A stretch of DNA of 64,000 nt from Macrostomum lignano (Eukaryota): assembly GCA_002269645.1 (NCBI GenBank), contig NIVC01000073.1:372001-436000 (forward strand). Direction: 5' to 3'. A program made the position numbers and the translations under genes. Below, piece after piece: positions 12,070 to 29,700 of the stretch. Below the pieces are notes generated by a model. It was not told the DNA's origin, made no database searches, and saw nothing but the letters and a program-made list of their open reading frames with translations. How positions within the stretch are numbered: position 1 is the stretch's first letter; every line of letters starts with the position of its first letter.

Positions 12070-12420
12070 AAAAAGATTAAATATTCATGAAAGGATTGAA
12101 AGCATGCTTTTTTATGAAGTTCAAGCAGAATTTTCAACTTTGAAATGCATTGTAAGATAAAGAATGCTAGTAAAAATTGACTAATTGGATTCTAATTATG
12201 ATGAAGATTATATTATATTACTATTAGGCTTCTTATTTATTACCAGTTTAGGGCCTACTTATTGAATTGTGACTTTGACTTGAATTGTTAGAATATTGAA
12301 AATATAAGTGTGGCAGTATATAGCACTTGACTTGATTGAAATTGTGTAACCATATTGTTAATTTTAATGAAAACTAATATTGACTAACATAGAAATCAAT
12401 TGCATCATAATTGCTTTGTA
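12070..12420 (+). mobile_element. Decayed copy of the internal 5' region of the Helitron-like element at 35975
   Basis: Collinear similarity with 36130-36370 (CATGCTTTTT..TCAAGCAG..TTCAAC..GAATGCATTGTAAG..GAATGCTAG; GACTTGATT.AAATTGTGTAACCATATTG). Confidence 0.6.
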
Positions 12421-12786
12421 TGGCAACCTGGGTTGTAATCTTGGACTTTGTTGTATAGTTTTTTTTGAATAAAAACTTCATTTAATAAAAGTGCCATGTT
12501 AAGCATAGAAGAAGTGTCATGTCAAATATACAAATAGCATCATTTAAAAATGTTGATGTCTTAAGATGGTAAGGCTTAGCGCTTAGAAGAATCACTAAGA
12601 TGTCAAGGGCTTATACAGGAAATTGCTATGATGTCAAAGCTTATTGGGGGGTTTTCTAAGATGTCAAGGCTTGGAAGGGGGATTGCTAAGATATTAAGCC
12701 TAAAGAGAATTCTTTTGTAAAAGCTAATAATGTGTAATATATATTTAAATTAAATCTAATACTTTTTTCATGTTCCATCTAAGGAA

Positions 12787-14864
12787 ATGCAACATGTTCT
12801 TGTATCAAGAGCACAACAGCCTGCCCTATATCTAAGATGGAACTATTTTAGGTAAAACATGAAGCATGAATTCTAAATCAATATTTCATACAATGTATTA
12901 AATGAACTATATTTCTCATTGCCATTCCCTTTTAGAAACAGCTTTCTAAAGCAGAATCGCCATTGTCTAAGCAGCAATGCAGCTTACAAGCAGTTGCATT
13001 TACAACACCAGCAGACACATTACTCGCCTCTCACTCTTAGATTGCATAATAATAACTCGTTGATTCGTTATACTACTATCGCCAGTAGTATAATCACTAT
13101 TAACAATCGCAATGCCAATTGTTTTCTTACTATCCGTTGTTTAAGTTCCACAAGCCCCGATAGTGATAAAAACAAGGATTCGAAATCCAATGAAGAGAAA
13201 GTTCCTCAAGTTCAACAGCCAAAGCCGTCTTTGCCTGCTAGGATTTGGCACGAAATCGTGCACTATTGGAATGGCATGCGACTGCTTGTGTTGGAGATTC
13301 GAATTGCCAGCAGAATCGGCTTCAAGTACATGCGCGGCAAGCCCATTAGTAGGCGAGAGAGGCGACATTTCGTTCGCACAGTTGCCGACCTGTTTCGCAT
13401 GGTGCCGTTCTTGTTCTTCATTGTGGTACCATTTATGGAGCTTCTATTGCCATTCTACTTGAAGTTTATGCCCTTCATGCTGCCCAGTACGTTTCAAGAG
13501 AAAGACAAAGAGGCTGAGAAATTGCGGGTTCGTCTTAAAGCCAAGCTTGAAACTGCCAAGTTTCTTCAGGCCACTTTGCAGGAAGGATTCAAGACTAAAG
13601 ATGCTACGGATGAGGTGATATGCTTCAGAATATTTTTTTCTAATGTTTTATGAGTCTTTCAACATCTACCTGTCCTTCAGGAGTAAATCAGCTAGCTTCA
13701 CTACCTGTCCTAGTGTCCTTCAGGAGTTAGTCAGCTAGTTTCCACTACCTGTCCTAGTGTCCTTCAGGAGTTAATCAGCTAGCTTCACTACCTGTCCTAG
13801 TGTCCTTCAGGAGTTAATCAGCTAGCTTCACTACCTGTCCTAGTGTCCTTCAGGAGTTAATCAGCTAGCTTTACTACCTGTCCTCGTGTCCTTCAGGAGC
13901 TAATCAGCTAGCTTCACTACCTGTCCTAGTGTCCTTCAGGAGTTAATCAGCTAGCTTTACTACCTGTCCTAGTGTCCTTCAGGAGTTAATCAGCTAGCTT
14001 CACTACCTGTCCTAGTGTCCTTCAGGAGTTAATCAGCTAGCTTCACTACTTGTCCTTCAGGTGTCCTTCAGGAGTTAATCAGCTAGCTTCACTACCTGTC
14101 CTAGTGTCCTTCAGGAGTTAATCAGCTAGCTTCACTACTTGTCCTTCAGGTGTCCTTCAGGAGTTAATCAGCTAGCTTCACTACCTGTCCTTCAGGTGTC
14201 CTTCAGGAGTTAATCAGCTAGCTTCACTACCTGTCCTAGTGCCCTTCAGGAGTTAATAAGCTAGCTTCACTACCTGTCCTAGTGTCCTTCAGGAGTTAAT
14301 CAGCTAGCTTCACTACTTGTCCTAGTGTCCTTCAGGAGTTAATCAGCTAGCTTTACCTGTCCTTCAGGTGGCATATAATTTCTCTCCGCTTCCAACTTCA
14401 TCAGAATGAAACAACCAGCCAAACCAGTGCCCGCACCTGCCCATTCGCTGTTGCATTCTCAGGTGCGCAAATCTCTGGACGACTTTCGTAAATTCGTTGA
14501 GAAATGCAGCACAGTCGGACGCTACGCCACCACAGATGAACTGCTGCGCTTCTCTCGCTTATTCGCCGACGAGCTGACTTTGGACAACCTGGAGCGGCCG
14601 CAACTGGCGGCCATCTGTAAACTGCTAGAAGTGCCAGCTGTTGGGTCCAAAGCTCTTATTGAACTGCAACTGGAGATTCGATTGCGCCAATTGCACGCCG
14701 ACGATCAGCTGATCCAATCAGAAGGCTTAGATAAGCTGAACGTGGCCGAGTTGCAGGCCGCCTGCCGGGCCAGGGGTATGCGATCTTTGGGCATGTCCGA
14801 GGAGCGCCTGCGGCAGCAGCTCGCGCAGTGGCTGGACCTTCATCTGAATAGCAAGGTTAGTGCA

Positions 14865-14938
<74 letters not shown>

Positions 14939-14979
14939 TGTTTGTTTGCTTGTCTGTCTGTCTGTCTTGTTTGTTTGCT

Positions 14980-15010
<31 letters not shown>

Positions 15011-18000
15011 TTGCTTGCCTGTCTGTCTGTCTGTTTGTTTGCTTGCTTGTCTGTCTGTCTGTCTGTCTGTTTGTTTGCTTGCTTGTCTGTCTGTCTGTCT
15101 CTCTGTCTGTTTGTTTGCTTGCTTGTCTGTCTGTCTGTCTTGTTTGTTTGTTTGTTTGCTTGTCTGTCTGTCTGTCTGTCTATCCTCACTGGCTGCAGGC
15201 TGTCTGTCACCTTGATCTTCGGCAGCGCCCAAAGCAACCCTGCAAACTAGCCAACTAATGACAATATCCTATGTACAAAGTCCCGTATAGCTTAACTATT
15301 AAACTGCCCCCCTTACCTCACTCAGGTGCCAACCTCTCTGCTGCTGCTCTCCCGCTCTTTGCACTTCCCCGACTCGCTAGACCAGGAGGAGATGCTCCGC
15401 AAGACCATCGCCGTATTGCCTCAACGCGCCGTAGCCTCCGTTGAGGCCAGCAGCGCTGGAGCCGACAATCGGACCCGGCTGGCCGCGCTGAAGTCCGCCG
15501 ACGCCGATGTGACCAAAGAGGCGGCCGAAATGGAGCTGGCTAAGACTGAGGAGGACCGACAGCGGCAGGCTGCCGTCCCATTGGATGGCGGATCGGCGCA
15601 GACAGACAAGTCGCTTGGAGTTTTTGGTTCTGGCGAGCTGAGACAGCTGGAGTCGGCCATCAGCCAGGTTTGTTGTGTGTGGCGCATTTTACAAGCGTCT
15701 TGACATTTTACAAGCCACGATCCACAGCCTAAAGGGCCACCCCCCCCACCTCAAGTAACAGAGAGTGTACATGGCCTGTGGTCAGTGAGCTTAGATAAGC
15801 TAGCGAAGGCAGATCAGTGATTCTAAGAAATTGGGCCCAAAAATTCTTGAATCAGTAGCAGGTCAGCAATTCTAACACCTGTTAGTCAGTTATTCCTAGA
15901 AAATTGTGTGCCTCGGTGATTTTTTTGGGTCCGTCAATAATTCTTAGAAAGTAGGTCAGTGAAGGTTAGTGATTCTTAGAAAGTAGGTGAGTGGAGGTTA
16001 GCAATTCTTAGAAAGTAGGTCAGTGAAGGTCAGTGATTCTTAGAAAGTAGATGAGTGGAGGTTAGCAATTCTTAGAAAGTAGGTCAATGAATTTTAGTGA
16101 TTCTTAGAAATTAGGTTAGTGAATTTTAGTGATTCTTAGAAAGTAGGTCCGTGAATTTTAGTGATTCTTAGAAAGTAGGTCAGTGAAGGTTAGTGATTCT
16201 TAGAAAGTAGGTCAATGGAGGTTAGTGATTCTTAGAAAGTAGGTCAGTGAAGGTTAGTGATTCTTAGAAATTAGGTCAATGATTTTTAGAAAGTAGGTTA
16301 GTAGCCTTTTGAAGTAGGCCAGTAATTCATAAATGTAGGAAGTAGGCCAGTAATTCATAAATGTAGAAAGTAGTTCAGCGATTCCTAGGAAGTAGGTCAG
16401 TGATTCTTAGGAAGTAGGTCAGTGATTCTTAGGAAGTAGGTCAGTGATTCCTAGGAAGTAGGTCAGTGATTCCTAGGAAGTAGGTCAGTGATTCTTAGGA
16501 AGTAGGTCAGTGATTCTTAGGAAGTAGGTCAGTGATTCCTAGGAAGTAGGTCAGTGATTCCTAGGAAGTAGGTCAGTGATTCCTAGGAAGTAGGTCAGTG
16601 ATTCCTAGGAAGTAGGTCAGTGATTCTTAGGAAGTAGGTCAGTGAATGCAGGTCATTGATTTTTGAAATGTAATTCAGTGATTCTTAGAATGCAGGTCAT
16701 TGCAGCTCAGTGATCCCTAGATAGTAGATCAGTGTTTCTTAAAAAGTAAGTTAGTGGGTTTTAGAAAGTAGGTCAATGATTCTTAGAAATTAGGGTACCT
16801 ACTACTGTATCCATTTGCTATGCTCTACAAAACTTGGCAGGTGGGCGGAGAGCGGCTTCTTCAAGACCAGGCAGTTCGCGATCTGAAAGATGCAGCCAAC
16901 TCTTCAACCGCCGAGTCTCCTGCCGCTGCTCCCACATCCAAAGCGGAAGCTTTGCTGAGCAAAAAATTACATCTATTAGTTGGCGAAATCGACGACATGA
17001 TGGGCAAAGTTCAAATCGAACGGCAAGACTTGCAGAGGCGAATTAACGAAGAATTGGAGTCTGAAGCCTCGGACAAACTGGCCGAACAGCTGCTGTCCTT
17101 GAACGAACTGCAATTGGCATTGAAGCGCTTCCAGCGCAACCCAGACGACAATCAGTGGGAGAAAATCCTGCCTCTGCTGGACGAGGATAACGACGGGAAA
17201 ATTGAAATTCATCACGTGACTAAGGTGAGACTTTGTGTTGTGTTTTTATTTGTCTTTTAATATGTGGAATCTGCTTTATGACTGATGCTCAATGGCTCGA
17301 ATAGTTAACTTTGTCTCTTGAAATGTTCTACTATTTATACTACTTATAGTGTTCTTATCTTTAGTAGTCTAAAGTAGTCTAACTAGCTAATTAGAGCTGT
17401 CTGCCAGCATCCAGAATTTTTATTGCTCCCCCCTTAAATGGTTACGCAAGTTAAATAGAGTAATTATCTGGGCAGTGGGGCTCAGTGAGTTTTCTTATCA
17501 GTTGGCTCCGATGCAATCATTAAAATTGGCTGTGAATTCTCTCACTGTGCACACGTTGATAAGAAACACACTAAAAAAGCCCATTCAAAACACTATTTCG
17601 AATATTTATTCCCTTTAGCTATGAGCTAGAGCTTAATAAAAAATGCATGTACCGATTCGGGAACATTTGACATCTTTTGGTGAAGAAACGACGAAAATTG
17701 GTTAAGCCGTTCGGGAGATAATCAATTACATACATACAAGCATACAAGCAAGATTTTCATTTCTAGTATAGGTGTTGGTGGTGGTGGTGGTGGTGGTGGT
17801 GGTGGTGGTGGAGGTGGATGGTGGATGGATGAATTTGTGCATATGCAATTCGTTATTCTATGAAGATTGTGTTGTGTAACTTTGAGTCTATGCTTGAGGG
17901 AGGGGGTTGTAGCCTAGCCTAGTGGTCAGAGCTTTTGTCTCACGACTGAAGGTCGGGGGTTCCACTAGGTCGATCCCACTCGGAACAATTTGTGTCCTTG

Positions 18001-18207
18001 AGCAAGACAATTAGCTCTGCATTGCTTCAGCTCACCCAACTGTAGAATGGGTGCCAGCATTAGCTGGGGTAATTGAGGGTGTGTGTGGCGACCCCCCCCC
18101 CCAGTCCTTGGACTGAACAGCCGTACGCAGCCTTCAGATGCGCCGCGCAATAGCTGCGGCTGAGCTGTCGGTTGCACATCTGCCTCACATGGTCGAATCA
18201 AATATTA

Positions 18208-18261
<54 letters not shown>

Positions 18262-18602
18262 GGATTTCTATTTCAAATTCCAGCTTAGGAAATATTACAC
18301 AATTTTGCATATATACATAAGCACAAACGTGTATAACACTGTATGTATCAATACTAGGTAAATAAATAAGTAAAGACCTATAAATATTTATGAATATAGC
18401 TTGTCTGTCCTTCATTTTCATCTATTGTAAATTTCTACTGTTAATGTTGCAGGTGATTGAGATGCTGGGCTCCGATAACTCCCGTCTGAGTTCAAGTGAT
18501 CTGGCTAAACTTTTAGAGGCGCTTGACAAAGAGCGACTTATTATGACAACTAAGGATTCTGCAACAAAGACTGATGGCAATTCCAGTAACAAGTCTGTAT
18601 AA
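12787..18602 (+). CDS. LETM1: LETM1 mitochondrial inner-membrane cation/H+ exchanger with EF-hand, about 670 aa; join(12787..12851,12936..13614,14463..14855,15326..15667,16841..17224,18453..18602)
   Basis: Hallmark sequences: HYWNGMRLLVLEIRIA..SRRERRHFVRTVADLFRMVPFLFFIVVPFMELLLP..MLPSTF; FADELTLDNLERPQLAAICKLL; LNVAELQAACRARGMR..LRQQLAQWLDLHL; EF-hand DEDNDGKIE. All introns are GT-AG and in phase. The exon 2 acceptor could be 12936 or 12942. Confidence 0.95.
13668..14368. repeat. 43-bp minisatellite in LETM1 intron 2
   Basis: Unit GTGTCCTTCAGGAGTTAATCAGCTAGCTTCACTACCTGTCCTA. Confidence 0.95.
14866..15182. repeat. (TCTG)n/(TTTG)n microsatellite in LETM1 intron 3
   Basis: Direct reading. Confidence 0.97.
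15730..15785 (+). mobile_element. Short fragment of the unclassified interspersed repeat
   Basis: AGGGCCAC..CCTCAAG..ACAGAGAGTGTACATG resembles 22132-22165. Confidence 0.35.
15940..16790. repeat. 22-31-bp minisatellite (GTGATTCTTAGGAAGTAGGTCA) in LETM1 intron 4
   Basis: Tandem units, most homogeneous at 16380-16645. Confidence 0.93.
17575..17771 (-). mobile_element. Helitron-like element terminal fragment
   Basis: The reverse complement CTATACTAGAAATGAAAATC..GTATGT..AACGGCTTAACCAATTTT resembles the start of the element at 35975 (TCTATATACTAAAAATGAAATG..ATGGCTCAACCGATTTT). Confidence 0.45.
17903..18260 (+). mobile_element. tRNA-derived SINE with V/Meta-like central domain and (ATT)n tail, in LETM1 intron 5
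   Basis: A-box-like TAGCCTAGTGG, degenerate B-box GGTCGATCCC, core TGTGTCCTTGAGCAAGACA..CAGCTCACCCAACTGTA; a homologous copy lies at 33442-33735; ends in (ATT)n. Confidence 0.75.
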
Positions 18603-19179
18603 TCTGACTTTGTTAATAATATCTTTATTGATTTTTTGGCATATCAATCAATATTGTTTGCTTAACCAGGCTTTGATAAAACGGCCCTTCTAGAGACAGT
18701 CGCAAGTTTTTTTGGAGCATCAGGAATTTTCTAGTAAAAGTTATTGTTAAATTTCAATAAGACGGCTTTTTAGGCGGAGTAGCATATTAACAAAATTTAT
18801 CGACTGTTCAACTACTCACTGGAGTAAGCTGTAGTTTTATCAAAGCGCTTAAGCTGATTGCACATAATGAGTTTTTCTTCTTAGCAATTTGTTTCCCAAG
18901 TTTTAAAGTTGTAGATTGTGCAATTAACTATTTTCGTTGAACTTAATTTATTTATACGGCTAGGATTGCTGTAACTGTGCATGTATTAAAAGCTGAAGCA
19001 ACCACAGCCGCTGTTTGAAAGTTGTGGATCGATAGATCGTCATTTGATTAAATAATTGTTGAAACTACGTGTAGTATAACTGTTTGAAATTCTTTTTAGT
19101 TCTTTTTAGTAGGCTCGGGTTTTGATTGTGTACTTTAAATTTAATGAATTCTTGTGTTTTTATTGAATATTCAATCATC

Positions 19180-19545
19180 CGCGACTTTCTACCCCTATCC
19201 TCTAAATGTACACTCGCCCACCACTTTCTAACCCTATCCTCTAAATGTACACTCGCCCGCAACTTTCTAACCCTATCCTCTAAAAGTACACTCGCCCGCC
19301 ACTTTCTACCCCTATCCTCTCAATGTACACTCGCCCACCACTTTCTAACCCTATCCTCTAAAAGTACACTCGCCCGCCACTTTCTACCCCTATCCTCTCA
19401 ATGTACACTCGCCCACCACTTTCTAACCCTATCCTCTAAAAGTACACTCGCCCGCCACTTTCTACCCCTATCCTCTCAATGTACACTCGCCCACCACTTT
19501 CTAACCCTATCCTCTAAATCTACACTCACCCGCGACTTTCTATCC
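19180..19545. repeat. 39-bp minisatellite
   Basis: Unit ACTTTCTAACCCTATCCTCTAAAAGTACACTCGCCCGCC. Confidence 0.93.
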
Positions 19546-20255
19546 CTTCCCCACATTGTACACTAGCCGAAGTCCCAGGCTCTGTTTAAATGGCGATCTA
19601 TCTAATGCACATTATCTAACGTTAACAATCAATTAATAATTTTTCTAATAGGAAAGCTTTTATAATTCGGTCAGGTATTTCGTTGCGATATATTTTTCGC
19701 CTTTTCTTTTTTTCCTTTGGCTTTCTTATCCAGCTTTTTGCACCTCCTATTTCGATTAAATTAATAGGTTTAATAAGATTCGAGCGTTTTCTTTGTAAAT
19801 GAACTGCAGATTAATACGAGTTGAGAGGTGCTTTAGTGCAAATATTTTACAGATCAACGTTATTGGCGTTTCGTGTACTACATGACCTAGAGGCCTGCGT
19901 GTCTACCGTACATATTTAGGATGTCCTGTCCAGCCATTGTGTTTTTCTTTGTTTAACTAAACAGCCCTCATATTTATTTAGTAGAAAATTGTTACATATT
20001 ATCCGACCAATAAATAAATATTAGCCTCCTTAATTTACTATGTTTTGTTTATTTTCTAGCTAATTTTTTTCTAGTTTCATTATTTTTAGGCTACCATATA
20101 TCTGAAAATGTCAAATATAATTAAAAACACTCAGCCTTTATAGTGGGCCCCAAGTTATTCTTAAAGAATAATTACTAGTCATAATTTATCTTGTCTGTTG
20201 TTACTTCCTGGTAGAATATTTACTCAGCTGAGTCTCTTATTGCGTGTTTATAACC

Positions 20256-20914
20256 ATCATGTCTAGTGCAGTGTGTTTATCATCCACCAAGTCTAGTGCA
20301 GTGTGTTTATCACCCACCATGTCTAGTGCAGTGTGTTTATCACCCACCATGTCTAGTGCAGTGTGTTTATCACCCTCCATGTCTAGTGCAGTGTGTTTAT
20401 CATCCACCATGTCTAGTGCAGTGTGTTTATCACCCACCATGTCTAGTGCAGTGTGTTTATCATCCACCATGCCTAGTGCAGTGTGTTTATCACCCACCAT
20501 GTCTAGTGCAGTGTGTTTATCATCCACCATGTCTAGTGCAGTGTGTTTATCATCCACCATGTCTAGTGCAGTATGTTTATCATCCACCATGTCTAGTGCA
20601 GTGTGTTTATCACCCACCATGCCTAGTGCAGTGTGTTTATCACCCACCATGTCTAGTGCAGTGTGTTTATCATCCACCATGTCTAGTGCAGTGTGTTTAT
20701 CATCCACCATGTCTAGTGCAGTGTGTTTATCACCCACCATGTCTAGTGCAGTGTGTTTATCATCCATCATGTCTAGTGAAGTGTGTTTATCACCCACCAT
20801 GTCTAGTGCAGTGTGTTTATCATCCATCATGTCTAGTGAAGTGTGTTTATCACCCACCATGTCTAGTGCAGTGTGTTTATCACCCACCATGTCTAGTGAA
20901 GTCTGTTTATCATC
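20256..20914. repeat. 30-bp minisatellite (CATGTCTAGTGCAGTGTGTTTATCAYCCAC)
   Basis: About 22 copies; explains ORFs 20237-20994. Confidence 0.96.
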
Positions 20915-22039
20915 CAAACTTAGCTCCTAATAGCCTTAACTTATTTTTCGAAGGCCAGAAGTTCCAGATCGTGCTAAACAACTCGATGTATTAAACCTAC
21001 CAAGTACATTCCAGTGCGTCATCTTAACACTGTGGTTACAAGTACATGCATTTCATGCAGTTTTCAAGGTTCAAACCGAGTGGCATTAAAATGCAGTGCT
21101 GATAGCTCATTGATTCGTGAGATTTTTCCCTGAAAAAAACAACGGCACACACTTTGGGTAACTATTTTTGGCGTTTAATCCGGAGCAGCTGCGCCGTTCT
21201 AAGGAAGGCATCAACATCTCAAGCACTGCTGTGCCCGCGTTCTGCATCGAATGCGGTTACTACACTCAGTCAGTCAGTCACGACAGTTAGTCAGGAAGCT
21301 GTGAAGATGCTATTTGTCGTGATCTTACTAAATCTAAGAATTTCTAAGGCATTCACCTCAGCAAAGAGCAGCGTCTGCAGTGGCCTGGCACGGACTGAGG
21401 CTTGGGCCAGTTTCAAATGTCATTGACAGCAGCCAGCATTCAGCTGTGACGCATATTTTGTCGTAATTTGACAGTTTGAAATAATCCTCAATCGAAACGA
21501 CGGTCGTTTAATCCCCCTTAAATATCGCGTCGTCTGTCATTCGTAGGGCAGAGGATTTCACTTCCCCTGACAGTTTTGGCGGCTTTCAACAACTGCAGAG
21601 GCTGTTAAGTCGATGTGAGCCCGTCTCTAATGACCCTCCTGCTCCACAGAGGGGAGGGGGCAGTCGAAATTCAAATTCAAAAGCCTTCGCTATGCTTTCC
21701 TCAGAGCTCTCAAGCTGTATTCGCTAAAAATCTGATTAGAGTGGCGAGGGGATTATAAGCTCGGGGAGGGGTAACTGTGAGGCAACCGTCGAGTCTGCTC
21801 TCTCTCTCTCTCTCTCATGTTTGCGCGTCCTTGCAGATTCGTTTTATTTGCCACACAATTAAACAACTCTCTGATTTCCTAGACTGCGACTTTAAATTGA
21901 TTGAATCAACTCAGACTAGATGCGATTTAATACTTAAAAAATCGAATGTTGAAAAGGTGAGAAAATTAGGCAAATTATTCGGGATATAGAATGAAAACTA
22001 TTTTTATCAAACTTTCTTATTCAAGTTAAAATGGCTAAA

Positions 22040-22320
22040 GGGACAGGAGCAGCACTCAGGCCACATTCATTTGGGGCTTGTGTGAGCAAAAATTGGCGTG
22101 GGGGTTGACGCGCGATTCCCCCACCCCCACGAGGGCCAACCTCCAAGGCACAGAAAGTGTACATGCCTAACTGATAGAAAGTCAGGGCTGCTGTGCACCC
22201 TGCGTGAGCGTGTGTACGACGCCCAGGAGTCAGCGGAATGAGCAGGATTTCCTCAGCTCAGGCTGTGGGACGATGTAAACCAAGGCGTTGCGTTAGGGTT
22301 CCCTGCGCAACTCTTCTGCA
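22040..22320 (+). mobile_element. Unclassified interspersed repeat, longest copy
   Basis: Similar to 915-1065 and 61405-61510; contains a GTGGGGG..CCCCCAC hairpin. Confidence 0.6.
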
Positions 22321-22329
22321 ACTATCTAT

Positions 22330-22499
22330 GAACTGACTAACTAACTGACTAACTAACTGACTAACTGACTAACTAACTAACTAACTAACTGACTAACTGA
22401 CTAACTAACTAACTAACTAACTAACAAACTAACTGACTAACTAACTAACTAACTGACTAACTGACTAACTAACTAACTAACTGACTAACTGACTAACTG

Positions 22500-22534
<35 letters not shown>

Positions 22535-22683
22535 GACTAACTGACTGACTAACTGACTAACTAACTAACTAACTAACTGACTAACTAACTGACTAACTAA
22601 CTAACTAACTGACTAACTGACTAACTAACTAACTAACTGACTAACTGACTGACTAACTGACTAACTAACTAACTAACTAACTG

Positions 22684-22730
<47 letters not shown>

Positions 22731-22934
22731 GACTAACTAACTAACTAACTGACTAACTAACTGACTAACTGACTAACTAACTAACTAACTATCTGACTAA
22801 CTGACTAACTAACTAACTAACTGACTAACTAACTGACTAACTGACTAACTAACTAACTAACTGACTAACTGACTAACTGACTAACTGACTAACTAACTAA
22901 CTAACTAACTGACTAACTAACTAACTAACTAACC

Positions 22935-22992
<58 letters not shown>
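22330..22992. repeat. (ACTA)n/(ACTG) microsatellite
   Basis: Direct reading. Confidence 0.98.
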
Positions 22993-23424
22993 GCTAAATT
23001 GAAATCCGTTCGGTATCTTACTCAACTAAACTGTCTCACGCAATTCGCAGACCATGTCAGTCATTAAAGTTTAATGAATAATGTCCATCAGTGCCAGTCA
23101 GATTAAATTTAATGCAACAATAATGACAAGATTGCGCATTCAGGTTGAGTGCACGGAGCGAGGAGGCGCTAATTCTCAGCGGCCCACAATGGGACGATTC
23201 AAATGGGAAAGCTAACATCCTTGAGCTGATGTAGTGTCTGCACGCCCCGCTGATCAGCCAGTTTCGTGAGCTCAAATAATTCGCTTATCATAAAATATTA
23301 AAATATAATTATTTCGAGTCGAAACTCATTAGTTTAATTTCTAGTGGACTCAACGCATAACAGTGGAACAACCTAGGGCTATTATTTTTACAGCGCCGGA
23401 ACGAAAAAGGTGCGCAAGCACGTG

Positions 23425-23620
23425 TTGTGCTGGAGCACCTTCTCAAACAAGAACCAAGTCGCCAGCCTTCCCGGACCGTCGTGATGTTCAACGATTCTTC
23501 CAGAAGGCAGCCTTGTCAAGCCTTCAAATTGCATCAGCACATCGACCACATGTGTCTGCATCAGCTCTGACTTCGTTGGTCACTGGCCTTCACCCAGGCG
23601 GAGCTTCTGGACCTTCAACG
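23425..23620 (+). mobile_element. Degenerate repeat, inverted partner of 24880-25145
   Basis: TCGACCACATGTGTCTGCATCAGCYCTGACTTCGTTG.TCA.TGGC.TTCA.CCAGGCGGAGCTTCTG is present in both orientations. Confidence 0.6.
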
Positions 23621-23829
23621 AGTTCTTGTTCTTGTTTATCCGGAATCTGAATTCAACTCAGCCCCCCCCACCCCGTCTGAATTTCTATTGGTCGGTTGGA
23701 ATGCTGACTGTGTTATACAGCCAGCTCTATATAGCTAGCCTAAAGTATGACGGGACTTGAAATTTCACTTTTTAATCTCTTCTGTGGCGTGGTAAACAGC
23801 TCGGGTGTTAGAATCACTAAAGAAGGTAA

Positions 23830-28882
<5,053 letters not shown>

Positions 28883-29276
28883 ATAATGATGACCTCGACA
28901 GGTTGTCGGCTGCAACAACGCGATACTGTGAACTTTTCTTCTCTGTTTAATGTTTACGGATCAATAAACTATTTAATCTTCATTAGAGATGGCATGGCAA
29001 TATGCGATTAACCCGTTAAAAACTGTTAAACTCATAGCTGGCCACCAAATTTAAACAGCTTAAAAATTTATTCAAACATACTGCATGTATCAATTGACAA
29101 GTACTAAAAGGGCTGATTTAGCTTAACTTAATACCTTAGTTTAATTTAGTTTAATTTATGAGTGGGTAGTCAAGCGCCTTTAAAACTGGGCCTTTAAATA
29201 TTTTCCATTTAAATCAACTATTATGTCCTGATACAACGATAACTTCTAGTCTAGCGGTCCTTGTTCCAAAACAGGG

Positions 29277-29700
29277 ATGGAATGGATGGAATGGCTGGCG
29301 CGAGCTGAGTTTGGCGGCGTGGGGTGGCAGCGGAGGGGTGTAGAAAATACAGATAAGACAAGCTTGTTGGTTAGGCCTTGGCGTATCAAAGAGAGTGGTT
29401 ATAGAGTAATTAGGTCAGCCAGTCGGAAGGATGGGTGTGAAAGTGATCCCGCTAAACGGAGGGAGAGAGAGAGGGATTGGCTGGTGTGGAGTGAGATTGG
29501 TCTCGTGGGGTGGCGGCGAAGGGGGTTTGGGGGTAGAAAATACAGATAAGACAAGCTTGTTGGGTAGGGCAAGGCGATCAAAGAGTGCGCGGTTTAGAGA
29601 AAATAGGTCAGCCAGTCGGAAAGGGTGTGAAATTGATTCCCGCTAACGGAGAGAGAGGGATTGGCTGGTGTGGGGTGAGATTGGTTTAGTAGGGGTGGTG
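29277..29700. repeat. About 190-bp tandem duplication (2+ copies)
   Basis: GTAGAAAATACAGATAAGACAAGCTTGTTGG and GGTCAGCCAGTCGGAA each occur twice. Confidence 0.8.

Noticed and set aside
17903-17990. Functional tRNA gene
   Set aside because: The cloverleaf is degenerate and continues into a SINE body shared with 33442-33735.
20237-20994. Cys/His periodic ORFs (CVYHPPCLVQ)
   Set aside because: A 30-bp minisatellite open in several frames, with no splice or codon evidence.
21154-21300. Short frame with CIECG (CxxC)
   Set aside because: No splice partners or recognisable domain.
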